Assembly: GCA_049510745.1 (NCBI GenBank)
Contig: JBEKYR010000007.1
Coordinates: forward strand, 64,001-128,000
Length of the DNA stretch: 64,000 bases
Direction: 5' to 3'
From: Verrucomicrobiota bacterium
GTDB lineage: Bacteria > Verrucomicrobiota > Verrucomicrobiia > Limisphaerales > Palsa-1400
The translations under genes were made by a program, and so were the position numbers. Shown here piece after piece: positions 29,839-40,988 of this stretch (positions are counted from its first letter, which is position 1; each line of letters begins with the position of its first letter). A model generated the notes under the pieces. That model made no database searches. It was not told the origin of the DNA and worked only from the letters and a program-made list of their open reading frames with translations.

Positions 29839-30609
29839 ATGCGTCTCACGAGCGGCCTCAATCTCTCGCTCTGCCTGGCGACGGCCCTGATCGCCACGGC
29901 GGGACACGCCGCCACCGTCACGGTCTTCGCGGCGGCCAGCTTGACGGATTGTCTCAGGCAAATCGCCTCGGAGCACGAGCGGCGGACCGGGGACAAAATC
30001 ACGCTCAACTTCGCCGGCTCGAGCCTGCTGGCGCGGCAAATCGAGGAAGGCGCGCCGGCCGATATTTTCTTCTCCGCGGACGAATCGTGGATGGATGAAT
30101 TGGAGAAAAAGGGCCTGCTCCTCAAGGGCACCCGCCGGAGCCGGCTCTCCAATTCGCTGGTCATTATCGTGGCCAGGGACAGCCCGCTCGCCCTGGTTTC
30201 GCCGCGCGACTTGGCCAAACCGTCCGTCGCCCGCATCGCCCTGGCCGATCCGCAGGCCGTTCCGGCGGGGAAGTACGCCCGGCAGTTTTTGGAAAAGGAA
30301 AACCTTTGGGCCACTCTCCAAGCCAAGGTCGTGCCGACCGGCAATGTGCGCGGGGCCTTGGCGGCGGTGGAGTCCGGCGATGTCGAGGCGGCCATTGTCT
30401 ATAAGACCGACGCGGCCATATCGAAGCGGGTGAAAGTGGCTTATGAAGTGCCGTCAAGCGGCGGCCCCACGATCAGTTATCCAATGGCGGTGCTCAGCGG
30501 AACGAGGGAGCCGGCGGCGGCGAAACGATTCCTGGAATATCTCAACTCGCCATCGGCCGGGCGGGTCTTCGCGCAATTCGGCTTCATTGTTCGCGGCGAG
30601 GAGCGATGA
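29839..30609 (+). CDS. modA: Molybdate ABC transporter substrate-binding protein
   Basis: VFAAASL, FAGSS.LARQIE.GAPADIF.SA, VPAGKYA, NVR.AL, VY.TDA. Confidence 0.95.
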   Translation: MRLTSGLNLSLCLATALIATAGHAATVTVFAAASLTDCLRQIASEHERRTGDKITLNFAGSSLLARQIEEGAPADIFFSADESWMDELEKKGLLLKGTRRSRLSNSLVIIVARDSPLALVSPRDLAKPSVARIALADPQAVPAGKYARQFLEKENLWATLQAKVVPTGNVRGALAAVESGDVEAAIVYKTDAAISKRVKVAYEVPSSGGPTISYPMAVLSGTREPAAAKRFLEYLNSPSAGRVFAQFGFIVRGEER

Positions 30610-31271
30610 CAGCGGAATGGCAAATTGTCTGGTTCACCGCCTGGGTGTCCGCGTTGAGCACGCTGCTGATCCTGCCGTTTGGCCTGGCGCTGGCCTGGCT
30701 GCTGGCGCGTTATGACTGGCCGGGAAAATCGCTGGTGGAAACCCTCGTCACCCTGCCTCTAGTCATGCCCCCCGTGGCGACGGGATTGATTCTGCTCAAG
30801 GTCCTGGGCCGGCACGGGCTGATTGGACGGTTCTTTCACGACACACTGCGCCTGGACATCGCGTTCACCTGGCGCGCCGTGCTGGCGGCGTTGGCCGTGA
30901 TGTCCTTTCCCCTGCTGGTGCTCTCGACGCGCGTGGCTTTTGAACAAGTCAATCCGCGCCTCGAGCAAATTGCGCGCACGCTGGGGGCGGGGGAGTTGCG
31001 GGTGTTTTTTTCCATCACCGTTCCGCTGGCCCGGCGCGGCATCATCGGCGGGATGATCCTGGCCTTCGCGCGGGCCTTGGGCGAATTCGGGGCCACCATC
31101 ATGGTGGCCGGCAACATCCCGGGACAGACGGCCACGCTGTCCCTTTCCATTTACGAATCGGTCCAACTCGGCCAGGACGCCGCCGCGTTCCGGCTGCTGG
31201 GCATTTCGGTCGCGCTCGCGTTTGGCGCGGTCTGGACCAGCCTCTGGTTCCTGCGCCTCGGGCGGAAATGA
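30606..31271 (+). CDS. modB: Molybdate ABC transporter permease
   Basis: LPLVMPPVATG, ARTLGA, FARALGEFGAT..VAGNIPG.T. Confidence 0.95.
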   Translation: MTAEWQIVWFTAWVSALSTLLILPFGLALAWLLARYDWPGKSLVETLVTLPLVMPPVATGLILLKVLGRHGLIGRFFHDTLRLDIAFTWRAVLAALAVMSFPLLVLSTRVAFEQVNPRLEQIARTLGAGELRVFFSITVPLARRGIIGGMILAFARALGEFGATIMVAGNIPGQTATLSLSIYESVQLGQDAAAFRLLGISVALAFGAVWTSLWFLRLGRK

Positions 31272-31272
31272 A

Positions 31273-31983
31273 ATGAAACTCCTGCTCCGACGCATCTCCC
31301 TCCCGCTGGCGGACTTCGTGCTCGAAGTCGATGTCGAACTGCAAAGCCAGGTCACGGCCATTTTTGGCGCCTCCGGCGCGGGGAAGACTTCGCTGCTGGA
31401 TTTGATCGCGGGGCTGCGCCAGCCCGCCTCGGCCCTGATTCAACTGGAGGAGCGGGTGCTGACGGACACGGCGCGGGCCGAGGCGCTGCCGCCGCGCAGC
31501 CGGCAAATCGGCTACGTGCCGCAGGACCTGGCGCTTTTCCCGCATCTGTCCGTGCGGCAAAATCTTCTTTACGGGCAGAAGCGCGCGCCGGGGGAGGGAT
31601 CGCTCTTCAGTTTCGAGCACGTGGCCGGGGTATTGGAAATCGGGCCTCTGGCCGGGCGCGGCGTGACCGGCTTGTCCGGCGGCGAAAAGCAGCGGGTGGC
31701 GCTGGCGCGGGCCTTGTTGACCTCGCCCAAACTGCTCTTGCTGGACGAGCCGCTGGCCAGCCTGGATGAGGCCCTGAAGGCGAAAATCATCCCCTACCTT
31801 TTGCGCGTGCGGGAAGAATTCCGGGTGCCGATGCTCTATGTGAGCCACGACCGGCGCGAGGTCCAGGCGCTGTGCGACGAAGTGCTCGAATTGGCGCGCG
31901 GAAAAGTCATCCGCCGCGCCTCGCGCGAGGCCTGGCGCGCCAACGGGAACGGCGTGACCGATCAGGGGGCGGCATCGCAGTAG
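31273..31983 (+). CDS. modC: Molybdate ABC transporter ATP-binding protein (short, no TOBE domain)
   Basis: GASGAGKT, LSGGEKQRVA, LLLDEP, VSHD; last gene of the modAB operon. Confidence 0.9.
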   Translation: MKLLLRRISLPLADFVLEVDVELQSQVTAIFGASGAGKTSLLDLIAGLRQPASALIQLEERVLTDTARAEALPPRSRQIGYVPQDLALFPHLSVRQNLLYGQKRAPGEGSLFSFEHVAGVLEIGPLAGRGVTGLSGGEKQRVALARALLTSPKLLLLDEPLASLDEALKAKIIPYLLRVREEFRVPMLYVSHDRREVQALCDEVLELARGKVIRRASREAWRANGNGVTDQGAASQ

Positions 31984-32026
31984 GAAGCCCCAAATGTCAG
32001 GATAATCTCAGGACTGCTTGTGACCC

Positions 32027-33559
32027 TTACTGCTGCTGGAGACGGAAGAAGGCGGTTTGGCCGGTCGCGTCGTTGGTGAAGACATAATTGGTCCCGACCG
32101 TGGCAATCCCGCTGGTGATATTGCTCCAGCTTCCCGAGGACAAGTCAGACGCGGTCTGCAACACATAGTTTGGAACGGAGGCCGGCCACGAAATGACGAC
32201 TTGATCGCCCGTCGCGGAGATTCCCAGCGACGGCACAGGCAAGGTCAATGAAAACACCGCACCGTTGCCTCGAACGCCGCCGGTCAGCGTCGTTCCATAC
32301 AGTACGTTGCCAGAAAGTATCAGACCGGCAGACGGATACGTTCCGTCGCTGTTGATATCGGGATAGGGATAAGGCCAAGAAAATGCCGTGAAATCGTGCA
32401 GGCTGGTAAAATTCGAGCCGTCGGTGTTAACGGCGAACGCCGTGCCACCACCCGCGCTGCCGCCTTTGAGCGTCGTTCCATACAGCGTGTTGCCCGATAC
32501 AATCAAACCGGCATACGGATAAGCTCCATCGCCGCCGCTGAAATTATAGAGGTTCGTAAAACCCGAACCGTCGGTGTTGAGCGCAAAGACCGCGCCAATG
32601 CTCCCAGTGCCGCAAATGGCCGCCGTCCCATAGAGTGTGTTGCCCGATAACACCAACATCCCAGATGGAGGAAGATATTGATTCGCGCCGATAGGGAAAC
32701 TATATTGATTCGCGCCGGCGGGGAAACTATGGAGGTTTGTAAAAGCCGAGCCATCAGTGTTAATCCTGAACACCGTGCCACTTCCACCGGCGCCGCCCCA
32801 TCCTGTCGCTCCGTACAGTGTGCTGCCCGATATAATCAAACCGACATCCGGATCAGCTCCGTCGCTGTTGGTAAAAGGAGGAGGATTTGTAGTGAAACTG
32901 TACAGGATCGCAAAGCCTGAGCCATCGGTATTTATTGCGAACACCGTGCCGTTGCCATTGCTGCCGCCAGTGTTTGCGGTACCGTACAGCGTGTTGCCCG
33001 CTAAAGCCAAGCCGGCAAACGGAAGAGCGCCGCTGCCGTTGAAATTGGAAGGACCATTATTGTTGGTTGGAAAAGAGAGCGCCTCGAAGCTGTACAGGTT
33101 CGTGAAACCCAACCCATCGGTGTTGACGCTGAATACCGTCCCCATGCCGGCACTGCCGCCGTAGTGCGTTGTCCCGCAGAGCGTGTTGGAGAATAGAACC
33201 AAACCGACATTCGGATTGGCGCCGTCGCCGTTGGTTCCGAAATAGTAGTAGGAGTAGATGGAAGGAGGATTTGGAGCCGTGAAATTATGCAAATTCGTAA
33301 AGCCCGAGCCGTCGGTGTTGACCCTGAACACCGTGCCATAGCCAAAGCTGCCGCCATTTGGCGCCGTTCCATAGAGTGTGTTGCCCGATAAAATCACACC
33401 AGCAGGATTAATTCCGTCGGTGTTGGTGTAAACATTAAGGCCAAGAGGTGATGTGAAACTATATATCTCGCTGAAGGTGGCGGGCTGCGCGTGGACCGGC
33501 GGCAGGGCGCTCGAGGAAAACAGCGCCGCAACGAGCAATCCAGCCATCCTGAATTTCAT
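32027..33559 (-). CDS. Secreted choice-of-anchor GloVer-type tandem repeat protein
   Basis: Signal peptide; repeated L..SGNTLYGT...GG..G.GTVF.INTDGS.FTNL..F units; C-terminal FFRL domain. Confidence 0.85.
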   Translation of the reverse strand: MKFRMAGLLVAALFSSSALPPVHAQPATFSEIYSFTSPLGLNVYTNTDGINPAGVILSGNTLYGTAPNGGSFGYGTVFRVNTDGSGFTNLHNFTAPNPPSIYSYYYFGTNGDGANPNVGLVLFSNTLCGTTHYGGSAGMGTVFSVNTDGLGFTNLYSFEALSFPTNNNGPSNFNGSGALPFAGLALAGNTLYGTANTGGSNGNGTVFAINTDGSGFAILYSFTTNPPPFTNSDGADPDVGLIISGSTLYGATGWGGAGGSGTVFRINTDGSAFTNLHSFPAGANQYSFPIGANQYLPPSGMLVLSGNTLYGTAAICGTGSIGAVFALNTDGSGFTNLYNFSGGDGAYPYAGLIVSGNTLYGTTLKGGSAGGGTAFAVNTDGSNFTSLHDFTAFSWPYPYPDINSDGTYPSAGLILSGNVLYGTTLTGGVRGNGAVFSLTLPVPSLGISATGDQVVISWPASVPNYVLQTASDLSSGSWSNITSGIATVGTNYVFTNDATGQTAFFRLQQQ

Positions 33560-33637
33560 TCTGTCGCTCCGGTTCTCAGTTCCATTCTCCGGCCGCGAGC
33601 ATGGTCTCCTTTCCTCCACCAGTCACGATAAATTTTG

Positions 33638-33703
33638 CTTAATCCTGCTCCTAATCCCTGTCTTGCCCTTCAGTCCGGGAAGAGGACTAAAAGCAAGATT
33701 AAG
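33638..33703 (-). repeat. Second TAATC/GATTA palindromic element directly after the mbfA stop
   Basis: 20-nt arms (33638-33657 and 33684-33703) related to the 29673-29750 core; fully paired on the minus strand with 4 G-U pairs. Confidence 0.7.
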
Positions 33704-33704
33704 A

Positions 33705-34649
<945 letters not shown>

Positions 34650-34667
34650 AAGCAATTGGGCGTTACT

Positions 34668-35381
34668 TTAAAACTTCAGATTCCATTCATCCCGCGAGTA
34701 TTTCTCCGCCACCAGCCGGCGGCAATCCGGCGCCACCCGCAAGGGCGCCTCCGCCGGCCAGCAGGCGCGCAACGCGCCCCGGATGGCGGAGGCGGGCACA
34801 TCCAGGTTGGTCAGAAATCGGGCATGGGGCCGGCCCTGCCGATAATCTGGCTGACGGGACGGCATTGTCAAAAACCTTTCCATCAAACCGAGGTCGAAAG
34901 ACCACAAAAATGTGCCGTGAAACAGCAGCGCGCGGCGTTTGCGCCGCTGGGCGTTGCCGGAGAATTTCATCCCGCCGACGGCCAGATCGGTGATCCCCTG
35001 GACTTGCACGGCCCGGCCCAGCAGGGTGGACAAGGCCCGGCGGTGCCGCTCCATAATATGGCGGTTGGCGGAGGGGATGGTCCGCCAAGACGGGTCGGCT
35101 TCGATCTTCAAGACCAACGAATAGTTCAGGCAGCCCGGCCCTTGCAACACCGTGCCGCCGCCGCTGCACCGGCGGAACACCCCGATGCCCGCCCGCCGGC
35201 AGGCCTCCAGGTTCACCTCGCGCGCCACCGCGTTGGAGAAGCCGGCGACGACAAAATAGTCGCGCGGCTCCCAAAAGCGCAAAACCTCGCCGCCGGCCCC
35301 TTCGTCGCAGGCGTCGAGCAAGGCCTCATCGCAGGCCAGATTGGCGGCGGCGGAGGGCAGGGTTAGATCAAGGTATTCCAC
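34668..35381 (-). CDS. lplA: Lipoate-protein ligase A family protein
   Basis: NLACDEALL, RRCSGGGTV, KFSGNAQ, HGTFL; divergent from the PDH operon. Confidence 0.85.
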   Translation of the reverse strand: MEYLDLTLPSAAANLACDEALLDACDEGAGGEVLRFWEPRDYFVVAGFSNAVAREVNLEACRRAGIGVFRRCSGGGTVLQGPGCLNYSLVLKIEADPSWRTIPSANRHIMERHRRALSTLLGRAVQVQGITDLAVGGMKFSGNAQRRKRRALLFHGTFLWSFDLGLMERFLTMPSRQPDYRQGRPHARFLTNLDVPASAIRGALRACWPAEAPLRVAPDCRRLVAEKYSRDEWNLKF

Positions 35382-35521
35382 AGGTCGCCGCCGGGAGTCG
35401 GCTGTCGGTTTCGTATTTCATTTGTCACGAGCGAGTTTACGCCTTATAGTAAGGTCTTGCAGTCGGGACCGGTTTCAACTTTAAACATTAATTTTGAACT
35501 TTGAACTCTGAACTGGCGAAA

Positions 35522-38257
35522 ATGGAAACGGTAAAGACAGGAAAACTCAACACCCCTTCCTCTTTCCCGGCGAAACGCATCGGGGCAGAGTCGCAGGCGG
35601 CGTCGTTGGCGCGCGATCCGCTTCAGTCGCTGGAGGATGTGGTCGAGTTCCTGCTCAAGAACCAGGGCCGCGAGAAGGCCAGCCAGCTCCTCTCCAGCCT
35701 GGCCGAGCGCCTGCGCAGCGACGGTTTGGACGTGCCGCGCACGGTCAGCACGCCGTATGTGAATACGATACCGGTCGAGAACGAGCCGCCTTATCCCGGC
35801 AACCGGGAAATCGAGCGCCGCATCAAGAGTCTGGCCCGGTGGAACGCCATGGCCATGGTCGTCAATGCCAATCACGCGGACACCGGGGTTGGGGGCCATA
35901 TCTCCAGTTACGCCTCCATGGCCACGCTCTACGAGGTGGCGTACCATCATTTCTTTCACGGGGGCGACGGCGGGCGGCGGGCGGATTTGATTTATTTCCA
36001 GGGCCACACCACGCCGGGCAATTACGCCCGCGCTTTTTTGGAATATCGTCTGGACGAGGGGCATTTGCACAATTTCCGCGCGGAATTGGCCCAGGGCGGC
36101 GGCCTTTCCTCCTATCCCCATCCGTATTTGATGCCCGATTTCTGGCAGTTTCCGACCGTGTCCATGGGTTTGGGGCCGCTCATGTCCATTTACCAGGCCC
36201 GTTTCCTGCGCTATCTGTGCGCGCGCGGATTCCTCAAAGCGGAGGAAGAGCCGCGCGTCTGGGCCTTCGTCGGCGACGGTGAAAGCGACGAGCCGGAGAC
36301 GCTCGGATCGATCACGCTGGCGGCGCGGGAAAACCTGGACAACCTGGTCTGGGTCGTCAACTGCAATTTACAGCGCCTCGACGGCCCCGTGCGGGGCAAC
36401 GGCAAAATCATCCAGGAATTGGAGGGCCTCTTTCACGGGGCCGGCTGGAACGTGATCAAGGTGATCTGGGGTTCGAGTTGGGACGAACTTTTGGCGGCGG
36501 ATACCTCCGGCCTGCTTGTCAAACGCATGGGCGAAGCCGTCGATGGCGATTACCAAAAGTACACCGTCGAAACCGGCAGTTACATCCGCCGCCATTTCTT
36601 CGGCAAGTACCCCCAATTGCTGCGCCTGGTTGATCGTTGGTCGGACGATCAATTGACCCGTTTGGTGCGGGGCGGGCACGATCCCAAAAAGGTGTTCGCG
36701 GCCTACCAGGCGGCGGTCGGGCACAAAGGCGGCCCAACAGTCATCCTGGCCAAGACGATCAAGGGCTACGGGTTGGGCGAAGCCGGCGAGGGCCGCAACA
36801 TCTCCCACCAACAGAAAAAAATGAACGAAAAGGAGCTGCGGGAATTCCGCGCCCGATTCGACATTCCCATTCGGGACGAAGACGTGGTGGAAACGCCCTT
36901 CTATCGTCCGCCCAAGGACTCGCCGGAGATCAAGTACTTGCTGGCGCGCCGCCGGAAGCTGGGGGGATTTGTGCCCAAACGGGTGGTCAAGGCCGACCCG
37001 TTGCGCACGCCGCGGGCGGCGGCTTTCCCGGAGTTTTTCAAGGGATCGGGAGCGGCCGAACCCTCCACCACCATGAGTTTTGTCCGCCTTCTGAGCAGTC
37101 TGCTGCGCGACAAAACCGTTGGCCGCAACGTCGTGCCGATTATTCCCGACGAAGCGCGGACCTTCGGCATCGACGGGTTGTTTAAGGAGATTGGCATTTA
37201 TTCCTCCAAAGGGCAGCTTTACGAACCGGTGGACAAGCAGGGAATGAGCTATTATCGCGAGGCGAAGGACGGCCAGATTCTCGAGGAAGGGATTACGGAA
37301 GCGGGATCGATGGCGTCCTTTGTCGCCGCCGGCACGGCCTACGCGAATCTGGGCGTCAACATGATTCCGTTTTACATCTACTACTCGATGTTCGGCCCGC
37401 AGCGGGTCGGCGATGAAATCTGGCTGGCGGCCGACAGCCGGGCCAAGGGGTTTCTGCTCGGCGCGACCTCCGGCCGCACGACCCTCAACGGCGAGGGGTT
37501 GCAGCATCAGGACGGACACAGCCTGCTGGCGGCCAGCTCGGTGCCGACTTTGTACGCCTACGACCCCGCCTTTGCCTACGAGATTTCCGTCATCGTTTGT
37601 GACGGGATGCGCCGCATGTTCGAGGACGGCGAGGAAATTTTCTACTATCTCTGCCTTTACAATGAGAATTATCCCATGCCGCCCATGCCCGAAGGCGCGG
37701 AGGAGGGGATCGTCAAAGGCTTGTATAAATTCAACACCGGACCAGCCGGCCTGAAACATAAGGCGCAGATTTTTGGCAGCGGCAGCATTATCCGCTCGGC
37801 GTTGCGCGCGCAACAGATTCTCGCCGAACGCTACGATGTCTCCGCCGATGTCTGGAGCGCCACCAGCTACAAGAACTTGCGCAACGAAGCCTTGCTGGCC
37901 GAGCGCTGGAACCTGCTTCATCCCGCCGAGCCGCCGAAAAAGCCCCACGTCCAGCAACTCCTCGCCCGGGAAACCGGCCCGTTCATCGCCGTGTCCGACT
38001 ACATGAAAATCGTTCCCGATCAGATCGCCAAGTGGGTGCCGGGCGGCCTGACCACTTTGGGCACCGACGGCTTTGGCCGCAGCGATACGCGGCCCCGCTT
38101 GCGCCGCTTTTTTGAAATCGACGCCGAGTGCGTCGTCGTGGCCGCGTTGTCCGCGCTGGCGCGGCGGGGAGAGATCGAGAGCAAGGTCGCGGCCCGGGCC
38201 GTGAAAGACTTGAACGTCGATCCCGAAAAGGCCTTTCCGCAAATCGTCGCGTTTTAA
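35522..38257 (+). CDS. aceE: Pyruvate dehydrogenase E1 (homodimeric type)
   Basis: GGHISSYAS, LSSYPHP, FPTVSMGLGP, GDGE.DEPE TPP motif, GITEAG, GRTTLNGEGLQHQDG, LGTDGFGRSD. Confidence 0.97.
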   Translation: METVKTGKLNTPSSFPAKRIGAESQAASLARDPLQSLEDVVEFLLKNQGREKASQLLSSLAERLRSDGLDVPRTVSTPYVNTIPVENEPPYPGNREIERRIKSLARWNAMAMVVNANHADTGVGGHISSYASMATLYEVAYHHFFHGGDGGRRADLIYFQGHTTPGNYARAFLEYRLDEGHLHNFRAELAQGGGLSSYPHPYLMPDFWQFPTVSMGLGPLMSIYQARFLRYLCARGFLKAEEEPRVWAFVGDGESDEPETLGSITLAARENLDNLVWVVNCNLQRLDGPVRGNGKIIQELEGLFHGAGWNVIKVIWGSSWDELLAADTSGLLVKRMGEAVDGDYQKYTVETGSYIRRHFFGKYPQLLRLVDRWSDDQLTRLVRGGHDPKKVFAAYQAAVGHKGGPTVILAKTIKGYGLGEAGEGRNISHQQKKMNEKELREFRARFDIPIRDEDVVETPFYRPPKDSPEIKYLLARRRKLGGFVPKRVVKADPLRTPRAAAFPEFFKGSGAAEPSTTMSFVRLLSSLLRDKTVGRNVVPIIPDEARTFGIDGLFKEIGIYSSKGQLYEPVDKQGMSYYREAKDGQILEEGITEAGSMASFVAAGTAYANLGVNMIPFYIYYSMFGPQRVGDEIWLAADSRAKGFLLGATSGRTTLNGEGLQHQDGHSLLAASSVPTLYAYDPAFAYEISVIVCDGMRRMFEDGEEIFYYLCLYNENYPMPPMPEGAEEGIVKGLYKFNTGPAGLKHKAQIFGSGSIIRSALRAQQILAERYDVSADVWSATSYKNLRNEALLAERWNLLHPAEPPKKPHVQQLLARETGPFIAVSDYMKIVPDQIAKWVPGGLTTLGTDGFGRSDTRPRLRRFFEIDAECVVVAALSALARRGEIESKVAARAVKDLNVDPEKAFPQIVAF

Positions 38258-38266
38258 TTTGATTTT

Positions 38267-39541
38267 ATGGACCTGAAATTACCGCCGCTGGGTGAAGGAG
38301 TTGACTCGGGCAGCGTGGTCAGCCTTTTGGTCAAGGAGGGCGATCAAATCGCCAAAGGCCAGGGGATCATCGAACTGGAGACCGGCAAAGCGGTCGCTCC
38401 GGTGCCTTCCTCCGCCGGCGGGAAGGTGACCAAAATCCTGGTGTCAGTCGGCGACAAGATTTCGGTTGGGCAGACGATTCTATCGTTGGAGGGCGACGCC
38501 GCCGCTCCCGCCAAACCGGCCGCGGCCAAACCCGCCGCCACCCGTTCCACCCGCCCGGTTCCGCTTCCTGTGGAGGAAGGAGCCGCGGAGGAACCCTTGG
38601 CGGAGGAAGACGTTGACCCCAATGCGCCCGCCCCGGCCGCCTCGCCCACCCTCCGCCGCATGGCGCGGGAATTGGGCATCGACCTGCGGCGCATCCACGG
38701 CAGCGAAGCGGGCGGACGGATCGTGATGGACGATTTGCGGGGATACATCCGCCGCCTGCAATACCTGGCCGCGCAACCGAGGACAACCGCCGCCGGCGCT
38801 CCCGCCAAACCGCCGCCGGAACAAATTGATTTCAGCAAATGGGGACCCGTTGCCAAGCGCCCGATGACCTCCTTGCGCAAAGTCATCGCCCAGCGCATGA
38901 GCGACAGTTGGAACGCCGTGGCCCGCGTCACGCAATTTGACGAGGCGGACATAACCGCCCTGGAGGCCCTGCGTCAAAAGCACGCCCCGGCCTACGAAAA
39001 GAAGGGCGCCCGTTTGACCCTGACTGCGTTCGCGCTCAAGATCGTCGCTGAAGCCTTGAAGAAACACCCCGTTTTCAACGCCAGCCTGGACGAAATCGCA
39101 GGCGAGGTCGTTTACAAGGAGTATTATCACATCGGCCTGGCGGTCGATACCGACCAGGGACTGATCGTCCCGGTGTTGCGCGACGTGGACAAGAAAGACC
39201 TCCTGACCCTGTCGAGGGAGTTGGGCGAATTGGCTGTCAAGACGCGCGAGCGCAAAGTGTCGATGGACCAGTTGCAAGGGGGCAGCTTCACCCTTTCCAA
39301 CCAGGGCGGCATCGGTGGAAGCCATTTCACGCCGATCATCAACCGCCCGGAACTGGCCATTCTCGGCCTGGGGCGGGGCGCGCTCAAACCGGTTGTGCGC
39401 GACGGCAAGATCGAGCCGCGCCTGATGCTGCCGCTGGCTTTGTCCTACGATCATCGGGTGATTGACGGCGGCGCCGCGGTGCGGTGCATGCTCGATCTGG
39501 TGCGGGGATTTGAACAGTTCGATGAACAATTGATCGCCTAG
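38267..39541 (+). CDS. aceF: Dihydrolipoamide acetyltransferase E2
   Basis: Lipoyl domain ELETGKA; PSBD ASP.LRR.ARELGIDL; catalytic SYDHRVIDG. Confidence 0.93.
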   Translation: MDLKLPPLGEGVDSGSVVSLLVKEGDQIAKGQGIIELETGKAVAPVPSSAGGKVTKILVSVGDKISVGQTILSLEGDAAAPAKPAAAKPAATRSTRPVPLPVEEGAAEEPLAEEDVDPNAPAPAASPTLRRMARELGIDLRRIHGSEAGGRIVMDDLRGYIRRLQYLAAQPRTTAAGAPAKPPPEQIDFSKWGPVAKRPMTSLRKVIAQRMSDSWNAVARVTQFDEADITALEALRQKHAPAYEKKGARLTLTAFALKIVAEALKKHPVFNASLDEIAGEVVYKEYYHIGLAVDTDQGLIVPVLRDVDKKDLLTLSRELGELAVKTRERKVSMDQLQGGSFTLSNQGGIGGSHFTPIINRPELAILGLGRGALKPVVRDGKIEPRLMLPLALSYDHRVIDGGAAVRCMLDLVRGFEQFDEQLIA

Positions 39542-39559
39542 ATTCAACGAAAATTTACC

Positions 39560-40984
39560 GTGGATTCGATTCATACTGAAATCGTGGTGCTGGGGGCGGG
39601 ACCCGGCGGATACACCGCCGCTTTCTACGCCGCCGACCTGGGCCGAAAAGTCCTGCTTGTCGAGCAGGACAAAAAACTCGGCGGCGTCTGCCTCAATTGC
39701 GGCTGCATTCCCTCCAAGGCCCTCCTGCACGCCGCCAAAATGATTGTCGAGGCCAGGGAATCGGCCCAGCGCGGCGTCACCTTCGGCCCGCCCCAAATCG
39801 ATGCGGACAAATTGCGCGCCTGGAAAAACTCCATCGTGGACAAACTGGCCGCCGGGGTGGGTTTCCTGGCCAAAAAACGCGGCGTGCAGGTCCTGACGGG
39901 CCGCGGCTACTTCGAAGGCTCGCAGACCTTGCGCGTGGAAACCGCCGAGGGACAGCGCTTCGTCACGTTTGACAAGGCCATCGTCGCCGTCGGGTCCAAG
40001 GCCGCGTTGCCCAAGGTCTTTGACCTCGGCAACCCGCGCATCATGACCTCGACCGAAGCGTTGGAAGTTGAGGAAATTCCGGAGGACTTGCTGGTCGTCG
40101 GCGGCGGCTACATCGGCATGGAACTCGGCTCCGTCTATGCCAATCTCGGCAGCAAGGTCGTGGTCGTCGAGGCGCTGCAAAGCATCCTTTCCGGCGCGGA
40201 CCCGGATTTGATCCGCCCGGTCTTGCAGTACGCCCGGAAAACTTTCCGCGAACTTCGCTTCAATACCAAGGTCACGCAGATGTCAACCAAGGGGAAAAAA
40301 ATCCGCGTCGTCACCCAGGGGCCGGACAAGGCGGAGACGGAGGAATTGTTTGATCGCGTCCTGGTGTCCGTCGGGCGCGTTCCACGCTGCCACGATTTGG
40401 GCCTGGAAAACACCAAAGTCGTGCAGGACGAGCGCGGCTTCATCCAGGTCAACGACAAACAGGAAACCGACGACCCGGCCATCCTGGCCATCGGCGATAT
40501 TGCCGGGGGCGTCCTCCTGGCCCACAAAGCCTCCAAGGAAGCGCGCGTGGCGGTGGAGACCATTCTGGGCGAGCACAGCACTTCCGCCGGCGTCATCATT
40601 CCCGCGGTGGTCTTTACCGACCCGGAACTGGCCTGGTGCGGCTTGACCGAGGCCGAAGCGCGCGCCAAGGGTTTGGAGATCGACGTGGCGAAGTTCCCTT
40701 GGGGCGCTTCCGGCCGCGCGCTCACCTTCGACCGCCCCGACGGCCTGACAAAGTTGGTGGTCGATGCCGCAACGGAGCGCGTCATTGGCATCGGCATGGT
40801 GGGGCACGGAGCCGGCGAGTTGATTGCCGAGGGAGTCTTGGCCCTCGAAATGGGCGCGACGGTCCGCGACCTGGCCGAGACAGTTCATCCGCATCCCACA
40901 CTTTCGGAAACGATCATGGAAGCGGCCGAAGCTTATTACGGCGTCTCGACTCACACCTTCGCGCCCAGAAAGCACGAGGAATAA
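39560..40984 (+). CDS. lpdA: Dihydrolipoamide dehydrogenase E3
   Basis: GAGPGGY, GGVCLNCGCIPSK, GGGYIGME, HPHPTLSE. Confidence 0.96.
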   Translation: MDSIHTEIVVLGAGPGGYTAAFYAADLGRKVLLVEQDKKLGGVCLNCGCIPSKALLHAAKMIVEARESAQRGVTFGPPQIDADKLRAWKNSIVDKLAAGVGFLAKKRGVQVLTGRGYFEGSQTLRVETAEGQRFVTFDKAIVAVGSKAALPKVFDLGNPRIMTSTEALEVEEIPEDLLVVGGGYIGMELGSVYANLGSKVVVVEALQSILSGADPDLIRPVLQYARKTFRELRFNTKVTQMSTKGKKIRVVTQGPDKAETEELFDRVLVSVGRVPRCHDLGLENTKVVQDERGFIQVNDKQETDDPAILAIGDIAGGVLLAHKASKEARVAVETILGEHSTSAGVIIPAVVFTDPELAWCGLTEAEARAKGLEIDVAKFPWGASGRALTFDRPDGLTKLVVDAATERVIGIGMVGHGAGELIAEGVLALEMGATVRDLAETVHPHPTLSETIMEAAEAYYGVSTHTFAPRKHEE

Positions 40985-40988
40985 CGAG

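Noticed and set aside
29575..30321. 249-aa N-terminal extension of the mqnC ORF
   Set aside because: It runs through the palindromic repeat and antisense to modA; MqnC similarity begins at MTCELP (29574).
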